Below, one piece after another: positions 10,757-21,575 of a stretch of DNA of 64,000 nucleotides (its first letter is position 1; the number at the start of each line of letters is the position of its first letter). Position numbers and translations under genes: made by a program. The DNA lies in the NCBI GenBank assembly GCA_977018835.1, contig OZ361258.1, positions 1,674,001 through 1,738,000 of the forward strand. The letters are read 5' to 3'. A model generated the notes under the pieces. It did not search any database and was not told the origin of the DNA. It saw only the letters and a list, made by a program, of their open reading frames with translations. The stretch comes from Minutocellus sp. GHC0000111 (lineage: Eukaryota).

Positions 10757-11260
10757 ATGACCGCATCGTCAACAACATCCTTCGAAGACACCTGTGCCGC
10801 CTCGTCCTCTCCTTCGGAATCATCGTCGTCCGTGGTCGTCCTCGAAGGCACCCTCAATGATATACATGGAGGCCTCTACGACGAAGAACAAGAACAAGAC
10901 GACCAAAGCCCGGAAGTCATCCGCAGGCGTAGGAAGGAACGTCGAGAGAGGCAGCGTCTCCTCCGCCGAAGCCGGGGACAGAGGACCTCTTCTTCTCAGC
11001 ACCAAGCCGAACGGCAGGACCTCGTCGCCACCACTGAAGGCACCGCCGCCCTGGATCTGCTCTTCAACCCTCGCGCTCGCGACCTCCATCCTCTCAAGCT
11101 TGCTCCTGCTATCCTCGCCGCCGTGGAGAACACGACCATCAGCACCAACACCGTTGTCAGTGACAGCAACGTGCTCTCTGACGACGATGCCATGGCCGCC
11201 GCCGAGTCTGCTTCCGACGACGGCGACGACGAAGGTGACGAGTCCTCCTTCTCGACTTAG
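10757..11260 (+). CDS. Small acidic low-complexity protein of unknown function, duplicated at 5624-6158
   Basis: Open frame MTASSTTSFEDT...GDESSFST* with a basic RRRRKERRERQR patch. A degenerate paralog lies 5 kb upstream. Confidence 0.5.
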   Translation: MTASSTTSFEDTCAASSSPSESSSSVVVLEGTLNDIHGGLYDEEQEQDDQSPEVIRRRRKERRERQRLLRRSRGQRTSSSQHQAERQDLVATTEGTAALDLLFNPRARDLHPLKLAPAILAAVENTTISTNTVVSDSNVLSDDDAMAAAESASDDGDDEGDESSFST

Positions 11261-12397
11261 GCCGTCCGCTCTCCACGGTCTCTGTCTGCTCTTCGCACCG
11301 CAGACTATACAATGCAACGCACGAGACCCAGCCAGCTAGCACACATGCACATAGACAGTCGAATGATGCCGGCAAGAGAGTATCTTGCCATGCCATTCTT
11401 TTGAATGAAGAGAGAAGCAACATGTATTGCACATCAGTTACTTTACAAATAAGTAAAAAGAAATTAAATTAGTAAAGCCAATTTTGATTACGATTACGAT
11501 TGCATGACCCACCTCCTCTTGCATCTGCGCAGGATAGTAGAACAACTTCCAACACAAGACGCAGCTTGTGGATCCCTGCAAATAAATACCGTCATTTATT
11601 TACTCGTCCTCTTCCTCCGGGTCATCCACAATGTAAAGTGGACCACCGCTGAAAGTCCAAACATGATGCATTCTTCGGGACGAGGCATCGTCGTCTCCCT
11701 GAAACGGCATCGTATTGCCAACCGAAACATATCTGGGCCAAAAGGATTGTCCCCACTCCATGTTCTCGGTAGAGATGACCTGACGAAAGTCGCATGCCTT
11801 TATGTTGAAGCCCAAATCAACGAGACGTTGGTCCCGAAGACGATTTGTTCCTCCTCGATCTTGTGTCTCTTCGACAAATTGAGGACCTGTCTCCGTATTC
11901 GACGACATCCTGGCTATCTACCTTACTCACCGCCATCCGAGCACGTCACAAAGACAAGACCCATCATCTCCTTTCCCGTGATCCAAACCACACTACATGT
12001 ATTGAACAATACTTCCGCCCCCTCAGTTCACCTCCTCCCCGAGATGGAATCGGATAGGTGACCCCAACCGGACTCAGTGGCCGGTTTTTGCAAACTATTA
12101 TTTCACAACTCACACAATTATTATTTATATATATCAGGCCCGCCAATGGATCGTCGGCAGCTGCTCTTCACAACGTTTCTACACCATTCTGATGTCAAAC
12201 CAAGTTTTCCTGATGCCATTTTGTATGGTGCATTTTTGGCATGACTTCTCTCTAGTGCCCCTCAAAGTGTCCCTGCTTACCCCAATTGTGGGGTCTGTTC
12301 GGTAGGAGATCTATTCTCTGACTCGAGCCTAGCTCGTATGTCGGCTCGCCGATATCCCTCTAACCGAGGCATCGATACATAGACTCCTAAACTGCTA

Positions 12398-15300
12398 CCT
12401 TTCGGTTTCAGAGGATTTGTAGAGGGTATACCAATAACCCCTAAAAAAGGTCATTCTTGCACCCATTTCTCATTTCCCACCACGTGTTTTGTTAGTCGAT
12501 ATTCTCTTCGGGAGGAACGCAAATACTCCTCAACTCGTGGATATCTACTGGACCTGCTCATTCAGTAGGTTGCCACCGACCAGTAGTATCCACTGAATTC
12601 GCAGGTCCAGTAGATTCTGGCAGGAACACATATATTTTTGGTCCCCCGCACACCCTCACACCGCAACCCGCAAATTTTGTGACGATGACGACGACCAACC
12701 AGACCACGCCCAAAAAATACAAACGCAGCAGAACTTCGTTCTCAGGGAGCAAGAGAGGCAACACCAAGGCATCCAGGAAGGCGGCAAAGGCGGCAGCTGA
12801 GCCGAAAACACCATCGCCGAGCGCAAACACGTCGAAGAAGCGGCCACGGTCGGTCAAATTCGCCCGCCAAACCGTCACCGTCGTCGGCGAAGAAGAGGAC
12901 GGCCCCTCCTCCTATCCCCATGGCCTTTCTCCTTGCAGCAGATGTCATTCGAAGGGCTGGTAAGGATCTGTGGTGGAGAGTAACCCCCGATTCCTGCGGC
13001 AAAGATGACATTTGTGTTGGTTCTCGGCAGAAATGGGAAGACGTCCTCCCTGCTTTCATCGAGGCCGACTTGTTGCGTTCCAAGTCCGTCGGTGGAGGAA
13101 AGTATGAGCTACAGTACAACGAGGAAAAATGGAAGGATATGCAGCAACATCTCAAGGAGCATTGTAGTTTGAAGTTGCACTTGTCGACGTGTCGGCCGAG
13201 AGGGAAGACAAGACGCAGGGCGCTTTGTGTTTGTGCTCACAGGTTGCGTAAAAAGAAGGAGGACAACCAAACGAAATTCTCTGGACCGGAGGGACAGAAG
13301 GTGCACGAGAAAAGAAATCCCGATGAAGTTCTGTTCTCTGGGCGCTCGACTGTCTTAGCTACTAAGCTAGGTGAGAGGTTGTCAGCTCACAGAAAGGAGG
13401 TGCAGTCAGCGCATTGCGAAGCAAGAGTAAAATCACTAGTCGACGAGGCCAAGAAACTGGGTTGGATGCCAGCAAGTCTCCTCAGCATACTGAAGGGAAC
13501 TGGTGATACTTCCGCCACTGAAGCAGCTGCAGCCTCCCCCAATGATGAAGGTTTAGGAGGAGCCGATACTTCCGTTGTCTGTGCCACCTCCAGTGACATT
13601 GATGAACAGGAAAAGGTCGCTCTCGGCCTCGACTTTGTTGTTCGGATGGCCAACGATGACATGCTCCGTCCTCCTCGTCCCAATGCAACCGTCACCGAAC
13701 CAATGCCAATCAGAAAAGAAAAGCAGGCGAATGAAAGAATGCGGTTCAGCGCCGTGGCTCTCGCGGATTGGTGGGGACACGGCGACCCAACTCGCACGCA
13801 TGAAGACCGGCAACAAATTGCAACTGCCGCGTGTCGGCAAGTTGCGTACGATCACGGTCATGCCAAGTCAACCGGTGGTTCTCAGCTTTACAAGTGGAGA
13901 GACCAGCTCTACAAAAGCCTTACTGATGGCATCAGCAATCCCATCGGCAGAAAGGAGGTTCGTGGAAGGAAGGCATGCACGGACATGATCGAGGAGAAGG
14001 AGCCAGGATGTCTCCGCGAGCTGTGTCGGCATGCTGCTCGGATGAAGGGTGCGATGGCAACCTTTAAGGAGCTAGCTGACTGTATGAGCGCAAAATCAGC
14101 TACTCCAGATGAAGATAGGCTGACAATTAGTCTCCATCGTCTTCAGCTTTTTCGCTGGTGGAAAAAGCAAGGCGGCAAGGAGAAGTCGTCGATCGAGAAG
14201 CCGAGGCTCACCCCCGAACATTGTAGGAAGCGACTTGATTGGATCGAAAAGTGGGAGGACATTACGACCGATCCCAACATTCCTGTAGCGTATCTTGATG
14301 AAAAGTGGTTTTACACTACTACTCGGCGACGAAAGATCAAGATGTTGCCACTTTCTGACGAAGAACTAAGTAGTCCGAACCTCGCGTTTCCATGCTTCCG
14401 AGGCAAGCCCGAAAATTCGATCCAGAAGACACCCTGTCAAAGTTATGTGTCTTGGAGTTGTTGGCCGACCAATGAAGGATGAAACCAAAGACGTTGATTT
14501 CAATGGGCGCATCATGATCAAGAGAGTCGCCAGGGAGCAGAAGGTGGAAAAGCTTACGCGTAATCAGAATTTCTCTCCAGATGCTAAGGTCAACGATGCG
14601 CTAAAAAATGACAAAGATTGGCGCGACATTTACGACGAGAATGCTGACATGACCGCCGGCCATCTTTGCGACCACATTGCCGAAATCTACGGCCTTTCTG
14701 AGTTTGTTACAGAGCGATTGGAACTTCAATACGAGGACTATAAATCCGACGGTCAGGCAAAAAGTCGCAAGCATGCCGCTGTTGGCTACAATCAAAAGAT
14801 CTCGAGTCTCAAGCGACACACTCCTGATAGCAATGTGGAGAGAAGGTGAAGGTTGAGATCGACGACCTTGAGCTCGGGGTGCGGCATCAACGGGGCGATA
14901 AGGTTACCAAGGACTGTAGCTGCGACTCCAAATGGATGTTGGAGACTATGAATGAGGTCGGGAAGGCGATTCGAGACGCACATCATTGGGTGAAGTGGGA
15001 TCCACAAAATATTCAGGAGTCTGATGTTATGTGTCTTATGATGGACAATGCCGGCGGTCATGGGTCCAATGAAGCAGTTGAGAAGTACACCGAGGACCTC
15101 AAAAACAAATATAAGATTGAGACAATCCAGCAGGTTCCTCGGTCGCCCGAGACAAATGTTCTTGATCTCGGCATCTGGATGTCTTTGCAGTCGGCCGTCG
15201 AAAAGGAGCATCGCGGTCAGAAGAATGATGCGAATGCTCTTGACAAGACTGTGATGAAAGTATGGGCCAATGTCGCATCAAAAGAGGCCTTTCTCAATGT

Positions 15301-15839
15301 ATTTGGAAAACTTCCAGTGATATATAACAACATCAAGAGAAGTCGTGGCGGTAACAATCTTGTGGAGACCAGACGGGGAAAGGCTGGTCTCGCAAAAATT
15401 GCCGAGGAAGAAGCTGAAGAGGATGGTGAACCACTCTGGCCAATTGATGCTCCCGGCGAAGATGATGACATTGAGGACGACATAGATGAAAATGATGAAG
15501 ACGATGGAGTCATTGATTTGCTATAACTTATCATAGCATGTCCATTTCTATTCATTACATTTTGATTTGGTGCTTCCAAAAATGTATTTTTCCCGGGGTG
15601 AGGAATGCAAATGTCGAAAAAAATCATCACATAATGTACATTTATTGGTTCTGGTGCACAATATCTCTCGACTATATGTAGAAGTTGGTGACCATAACTT
15701 GGTTCTTGCCCCGACTTCCATCTTGGCCGTCATTTATTCCTCGGAGTTAGAAAAAGTGAGCTTGGATTTTTGGTCTGGTGTGGTCGTGTTTCTAATACGT
15801 CATCATCACGTCACTTTCAAATCCTCTGAACTCGAAAGG
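12398..15839 (+). mobile_element. Tc1/mariner DNA transposon (DD39D type), copy B, inverted relative to copy A
   Basis: Same TIRs. TA at 12396-12397 and 15840-15841. Nearly identical to the reverse complement of 7149-10591. Confidence 0.95.
12679..15526 (+). pseudogene. Frameshifted DD39D transposase of copy B
   Basis: ORF pieces 12679-12963, 12920-14482, 14445-14849 and 14846-15526 tile the copy A protein. Frameshifts at about 12850, 14386 and 14835. Confidence 0.92.
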
Positions 15840-16114
15840 TACATGTAAAACGTTTTGCAGTGCTTTTTCAAAGCCCGAAAATATTTACAGGAGTCCTTAC
15901 TCTACGCCTTGACATCGACAACCCACGTGAACGAACCACAACGCCTCCAAGCCATTGGCCTGCTGCCGCCGGCCCGCCACATTAGTAAGCAATACGAGGC
16001 CGGCCAATATCACAGCAAGCAAGGGAGCTGTGTGCAGTGGCCCAGTGGAGCTACGTAGCTGTCCGATCGGTCGTACTGCTGCTTCTGCAATCGAACGATT
16101 AATTACCAACGACG

Positions 16115-17830
16115 ATGGATCGCTACACCATCCTGTCCAACCTGGGAAGCGGGACGTTCGGCGAGGTGTACAAGGCACGGCACCGCCGGACCGGCACCGT
16201 CGTGGCCATCAAGCGCCTTCGGCTGCGCTGCCCGTCCTTTGCCGATGCCCTCCAGCTGGCCGAGGTTTCGAGCCTCCGACGGTTGTCTTCGGCAGGCCAA
16301 TCACATCGAAATATCGTCCAAATTTTTGAGATCATCCGAGAATCGTCCGGTGCTCTCCAGCTGGTATTTGAGTACATGGCCGACGGCAATCTGTATGATT
16401 TGATCCGTTGGGCGTCGGCCGAGAGGGAAGCGATGCAGCAGAATGGTGCTGTTGGTAACGGCCCAGATCAGCAGAAGATCCTCACCCACCCGCGCATCCA
16501 GTCCATCATCTCTCAAGTTCTGAGTGGTCTGGCCTTTATGAACTCCCGATCCTACTTTCATCGTGACCTGAAACCGGAGAACATTCTCCTATCAGGTCCC
16601 ACCGCCAAAATTGCCGACCTGGGCCTGGCCAAGACGCACACCGCCAGCAAGTTCACGTCGTACGTTTCGACCAGGTGGTACCGCGGACCCGAGCTGCTGC
16701 TGCGCTCTCCCCAGTACACCAAGACCATCGACAGCTTCGCAGTTGGGTGCATCATCGCCGAGCTGTACAATCTCGCCCCGCTGTTTCCAGGGTCGAACGA
16801 ATTGGACCAGCTGTGGAAGGAGATGAGCGTGATGGGCGCACCGACCGACGACACGTGGCCGGAGGGGGTGCGGTTGGCCGAGCGGTTGGGCGTGTTGATG
16901 CCCACCATCGTCCCGTACGAACGGCGCAGGGAGTTCAAGTTGGAGCAGAGGAGAGTTCAGCAGCAGCTGGCGGTGGAGCAGCGTCAGCGGCAGCTTCAAC
17001 AACAACAGCAGCAGCAGCAAGGGGGAGGAGATGAGGCGGCGGCGAAAGCAGCAGCATCAGCAGCACTGCATTCGAGAATCATGATGGCGAACAATGCCAT
17101 CTTGCAAGTTCCTCTGAACAAAATCATGACAACGGCACCTGTATCGGCTCAGAGGCTGACCGCGGCATTGCTGGTGATGAACCCGGCCAAGAGACTCGAT
17201 GCGGCCGAGGCGCTGCGGCATGAGTACTTTGCTCCTCCCAGAACCACCGCCGCCTCTTACAATCCCTATGGCCGTGGTCATGGTCATCGATCTGCTGCTC
17301 CACCACCTCGTCGGGCAAAGGACGATAGGATTGTTGACAAGACTGGTGGGTTGGCCGTGGGTATGAGCATGATAAAGAAACGAGGACGGACGGTCGGTGG
17401 CAATCAGCCTCTTTCATCATCAGCAGCAGCAGAAGCGGGATCAGAAGGTCATGCCGAAGTTGGAGAAGGTGGCGGTGTTGCCATGCTTTCTAGGGGTCGA
17501 TCGCAGCAGTCGCAGCAAGAGAACTATTATGGGCAATCTCCTACAACTACTGTGGTCACCAGCATGCGGGGCAAGGGGCTTTCTGATCACAACGATGTAG
17601 CCCTGCAGGATTGCCAGGGCGAGCACAGCGGCGATGATATTCTGCAAAACAATCCCCAGAAGAAGCGGCGCCAGCAGCAGCTTAAGGACGTGTCAACGAG
17701 TACCAACAATATTACGCCGATGGAGGCGTCGAACAACTCGATCCATTCGTCCAAGGGTGGTGGATTTCACGAGTGGCTTCTAGCGGGAACGCAAAAGAGG
17801 AAAGAGGAACAGGTTCAAGAAAGAAAATGA
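16115..17830 (+). CDS. MAK/ICK (RCK family) Ser/Thr protein kinase
   Basis: LGSGTFGEV, VAIK, HRDLKPEN, DLG, and activation loop FTSYVSTRWYR (TxY). Poly-Gln insert and disordered tail. Confidence 0.92.
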   Translation: MDRYTILSNLGSGTFGEVYKARHRRTGTVVAIKRLRLRCPSFADALQLAEVSSLRRLSSAGQSHRNIVQIFEIIRESSGALQLVFEYMADGNLYDLIRWASAEREAMQQNGAVGNGPDQQKILTHPRIQSIISQVLSGLAFMNSRSYFHRDLKPENILLSGPTAKIADLGLAKTHTASKFTSYVSTRWYRGPELLLRSPQYTKTIDSFAVGCIIAELYNLAPLFPGSNELDQLWKEMSVMGAPTDDTWPEGVRLAERLGVLMPTIVPYERRREFKLEQRRVQQQLAVEQRQRQLQQQQQQQQGGGDEAAAKAAASAALHSRIMMANNAILQVPLNKIMTTAPVSAQRLTAALLVMNPAKRLDAAEALRHEYFAPPRTTAASYNPYGRGHGHRSAAPPPRRAKDDRIVDKTGGLAVGMSMIKKRGRTVGGNQPLSSSAAAEAGSEGHAEVGEGGGVAMLSRGRSQQSQQENYYGQSPTTTVVTSMRGKGLSDHNDVALQDCQGEHSGDDILQNNPQKKRRQQQLKDVSTSTNNITPMEASNNSIHSSKGGGFHEWLLAGTQKRKEEQVQERK

Positions 17831-17997
17831 TGACTTGCAGGGCATGCGTACTGAGCTCGTTCATGTTGGAAGCAGAGCACAATCAGGGGATAGTGCACAG
17901 CAACAGACTGTCGATAGCATCTTGTTCAGGTACCGGTAAATGTAGATCTAGAGTAGATAAAGTCTATCCTCAAAGCTGATGGTTTGATATGTTAGAT

Positions 17998-20900
17998 CTA
18001 CAAGCTATACTTGTCGTCTGAGCTGTCAATATCAGATCGACATACCTTCTCTCTTGGGATTTTGACTTGAGCCTTCTCTGTCGCTGAATTGGCGTCGCTT
18101 TTATCCTCTCGATTTTCTGCATTTTCTACGGCACTTGATTCTTGATGAGGAGCACCAATCTCTTGCTCCTCATTACTATTGCCAGCTCTAGCATCATCGC
18201 CATCTTCATCCTCCTCCTCCTCCTCCTCCTCCTCCCATGCAAATTTTGTATCGGTGTATCCAGGATATTCTTTGCTTTGGAAAAGCTGCTGTAATGGGCG
18301 AAGGAGGAAGACCACCTGAGGCACACTGAACCCGTTCCCGATCAAGTGCCATCCGTAGTGGTAATCTTTCAGGCACACTTTTGTTCTCTGATTGATCTCT
18401 TGCAAAGCAAATGCAATCCTCCTTGGGTCATTGACTTCAAAGGAATCATCAATGGTGTGCGTAAACCCGCCTGGACCAAGACCGACAAAGCTCCAATACA
18501 TGGGTGGAAGTACATCGCGCCATTCTCTCGCTTCGAACGCTTCAAGCCCAACTGTGGATGCTACCCGCAAGTTGGCAAATAAATCCTCAATGGGCTGCTC
18601 GACATACCCTACCGGCAAGCCCATCAATCTCTCCCGGTCATTGGTGTCAAAGAGTTGCCTATCGCCAACGTGAGAGGCAGGTCGATCCTCACCGGGATCG
18701 ATCGCTGGGGCATCGTCTTTTATTCTATACTTGAATAGTGTCTTGTCCATGGTTCTGCCTTTACTAGCCAATAAAGTCATCACCTTTGCATCTATGCCCT
18801 TCTGAAGCATTGTCGGCATCATCCACCCATCATTGAAGCGGGTGGATCCTCCGGCTGGGTGCTCGTCGGCTGGAAACGAATCCGGCTGCCAATTGAAATA
18901 AAACACTCGATCCCTGTGACAAGGACCGAAGTTTGCAGCATCGCACCGATATTCGCTCACCTTGTAGTCCGCTGTGGCGTCTTGCGAACCCGGGACGTTT
19001 TCAACGAGAAAGAACAATTCATCGAAGGAATGAAATGCTTTATTGTATTTTTGTACCAAAGATATCAGCGTAGGAAAATCGCGCATGTATCTGCCGTGCA
19101 TACCTTCTGCGCCCATGCGACGCGCATTCACTTTAGAATGGTCTTGACAGGGCGGCCCTCCGATAACTATGTCGATAGGTCCTTGTTCTCGTACAATGCT
19201 TTGGATGTTGGCCTCTAGCTCTTCGTACGTTTCATACAAGGAATAGACGTATTCAACACCGTCATCCTGCGCAATTCCCAAGCCATAGGCTGGATCATGA
19301 TTGTACCGATGCACAGCCAAGGCAGCTCGATCATGCTCCACAACAATGTTTCTTTTGACAGCGATTCCTAGCTTTTTGAGCGCCACTGCTGCACCTCCGA
19401 TGCCTGCAAAAACTTCCAGAACAATCGCCTCGCGCTTGAGATTAGGATTTTCTCTTCTCGCTCTGCACAGCTGCTGGAATCTCTTATGCACAGCGACAGC
19501 TGTCTCGTCCGTCCATCTTCGGCTCTCTGGCGCTGCCAGAGCCAAATCGTTGTCACTTCGTGACTCTCGTGCTATCGCCGACCTTTTCCTGCTATCGAGA
19601 ACATTGGTCAAATGTCGTTGCATCTTTTTGTCCTCCTCAAGCCTCTTGCTGACAGCTTCAGGCTTCAAAGTTGCCGAAGTAGAAGCACAGCGTTCGAGAA
19701 TAGCTTTATCCGTGCAGTCGTCGTCGGAGGCACCGCCACCAGCGGGCGTTGTTTGTTTTATGAATCGTTCTTGTACACGCCCAAGAGACGAAAGAAAGCT
19801 TTCCAGCTTGTCGTTATTGTCAAGACCATGGCAGCAACCGCGGTGGTATTTCGAGACATTTTGACACTTGGCTAGCTTGGATGAATGTCCCCCGCACCGG
19901 CACAGGTAACAGCAGACGTCAATCTCTCCACACGACGAGGGCTCATCACTCGAAGTCTCAAAGATATTGTCCCTCTCCAGAGCATTTCTAAATGCAGTTA
20001 CATCCTTCACCAGACCTTCCTTCTCCCAGGCCGGCAGAGAAGTATTATTGTTCAAATATGCGAGAGCGGCCGATGGCGCAATGAATTCGTCTAGTCGAAT
20101 CCACGATGAACTCAAGGGAGATGTGCTTGGTACAATCGCTGCACTTTCGATTTCCATTGCAGCTGCCGCTGAGGACGAAGAGGTGGAATCGGAATCGCTA
20201 TCTGCAATAGGACCAGCACCAGCTGCTGCAGCGGCGACGGCTGCCACGTCGACCTTTCTTCTCCACTCAACCAGAAATTTAAGAATGGGCCTGCTCTCTT
20301 CACCGCCTGACTGCACTATTCGGTGATCGACTACACGGGCCTCGAAGGTCCGTCCTCCCTCAACGTATTCACAATTCTCTCCAGCTTCGGCGGCGGCTAA
20401 TTCGGCAGCATACTTCGCATCAGTTGATGTACAATTCGCGTTCGAGGCAGCTGCGCTGCTGACTTTCTCTTCGCCGGATATCCTATTTCGCTTTCGAGCA
20501 GGCGGCTTTGTATCATCTTCTGAATCATAAACGTAATCTTCATCATTGTCTTGATCACTCTTATCACTCTCATAATCAGCATCTTCATCACCATCGTCTG
20601 CCTCGTATCCAGGCGCGAAATCTCCTTGTATAACAATGTTACTAATTGCGGCCTCGGCCAAGTGCTCCTTGTCACCATCATCATACTTGACGTGGTAATA
20701 GTTGACGCCGGAAATGCCGGTATGCAGTTCGCTGGCGTGCACCAACTCGTCGATGGTGCCGTTGAAGTATTCCCCCTCGCTGACAAAGTACTTGCTGACT
20801 CTTTGTCCGAGCCGATATCTGTGCCTGGGTTTCCTTGCAGCTTTCTTCTTTTCTGCCTTCTTGTTGTCGGTGCTAGGTTTCGCATCCCCCTGGGGAACAA

Positions 20901-21465
20901 CTGTCGCGGCCGATGGCTTTTCATTGTTATTGGCGGGAGTGTTGGTGTCACCCTTTTGCTGCACATTGACATTGGCATGTCCGTCCCCACCACCGATGAC
21001 ATCGTCAACATGCCGCGAATAGAACGCCCGGAGCAACGACCCAAGCAGGTCCGATTCGTCCACCTCGCCCTTACCGAGATCATCTTTGCCATTATCGCCC
21101 AGCGTCCAGTCGTCCCACCTTCGTACCTGCGCCTCTGTCATGGTCTCTTCGTCTGTGTCCTCCGGATAGTAAATCGTGTACAACAATTCGTCCTCTTGGT
21201 TGCGACCAGTGTCCTCCTCCCCAGCAGGTTCGGACGTTCCAACTACATATCCGATAAAGTAACGCTTGTAGTTCGGAAAGTACTTCTTTATGCGCCTTCC
21301 GATGTCATAATTGGGTGATGCCGACATGTTTGGTGGTGGTTCGGTTGGGTTGGATGGCAGCAAATAATAAATCATCACATGATCATGGTGGTGCCGGTGT
21401 CGGGTGGCGGGCCCGCCACCTGACCTGCGGACTGGCGACTTGATGATGCAAAACAGAAAGCGCAA
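17998..21465 (-). CDS. DNMT3: C5-cytosine DNA methyltransferase, DNMT3-like, with two Tudor-like and one chromo-like N-terminal domains (likely start 21327)
   Basis: Motif I EVFAGIGG, IV GGPPCQDHSKVN, VI FLVENV, VIII HRDRVFYFNW, IX RERLMGLP and X LIGNGFSV. Tudor-like IGRRIKKYF and LGQRVSKYF...YHVKYDDGDKE. Chromo-like RVVDHR...KFLVEW...SSW. Confidence 0.85.
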   Translation of the reverse strand: MRFLFCIIKSPVRRSGGGPATRHRHHHDHVMIYYLLPSNPTEPPPNMSASPNYDIGRRIKKYFPNYKRYFIGYVVGTSEPAGEEDTGRNQEDELLYTIYYPEDTDEETMTEAQVRRWDDWTLGDNGKDDLGKGEVDESDLLGSLLRAFYSRHVDDVIGGGDGHANVNVQQKGDTNTPANNNEKPSAATVVPQGDAKPSTDNKKAEKKKAARKPRHRYRLGQRVSKYFVSEGEYFNGTIDELVHASELHTGISGVNYYHVKYDDGDKEHLAEAAISNIVIQGDFAPGYEADDGDEDADYESDKSDQDNDEDYVYDSEDDTKPPARKRNRISGEEKVSSAAASNANCTSTDAKYAAELAAAEAGENCEYVEGGRTFEARVVDHRIVQSGGEESRPILKFLVEWRRKVDVAAVAAAAAGAGPIADSDSDSTSSSSAAAAMEIESAAIVPSTSPLSSSWIRLDEFIAPSAALAYLNNNTSLPAWEKEGLVKDVTAFRNALERDNIFETSSDEPSSCGEIDVCCYLCRCGGHSSKLAKCQNVSKYHRGCCHGLDNNDKLESFLSSLGRVQERFIKQTTPAGGGASDDDCTDKAILERCASTSATLKPEAVSKRLEEDKKMQRHLTNVLDSRKRSAIARESRSDNDLALAAPESRRWTDETAVAVHKRFQQLCRARRENPNLKREAIVLEVFAGIGGAAVALKKLGIAVKRNIVVEHDRAALAVHRYNHDPAYGLGIAQDDGVEYVYSLYETYEELEANIQSIVREQGPIDIVIGGPPCQDHSKVNARRMGAEGMHGRYMRDFPTLISLVQKYNKAFHSFDELFFLVENVPGSQDATADYKVSEYRCDAANFGPCHRDRVFYFNWQPDSFPADEHPAGGSTRFNDGWMMPTMLQKGIDAKVMTLLASKGRTMDKTLFKYRIKDDAPAIDPGEDRPASHVGDRQLFDTNDRERLMGLPVGYVEQPIEDLFANLRVASTVGLEAFEAREWRDVLPPMYWSFVGLGPGGFTHTIDDSFEVNDPRRIAFALQEINQRTKVCLKDYHYGWHLIGNGFSVPQVVFLLRPLQQLFQSKEYPGYTDTKFAWEEEEEEEEDEDGDDARAGNSNEEQEIGAPHQESSAVENAENREDKSDANSATEKAQVKIPREKVCRSDIDSSDDKYSL

Positions 21466-21575
21466 CTGGCCGAACTCCGATCAGAAGAGCTTGAACAGCC
21501 GAACATGGCATGACATGACACAAATCGAAGCGTACTGTGTAGCGTTGTTCCTCCTTACGGTGCAGTGTATGAAAC

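Noticed and set aside
11504..12061. ORFs in the spacer between the mariners
   Set aside because: No recognisable domain on either strand, so I cannot support a gene call.
7149..15839. Classical RIP (CpA->TpA) or CpG deamination as the cause of the differences between copies
   Set aside because: Repeats here are depleted, not enriched, in TpA. CpG is plentiful, and restoring TA recovers sensible conserved residues.
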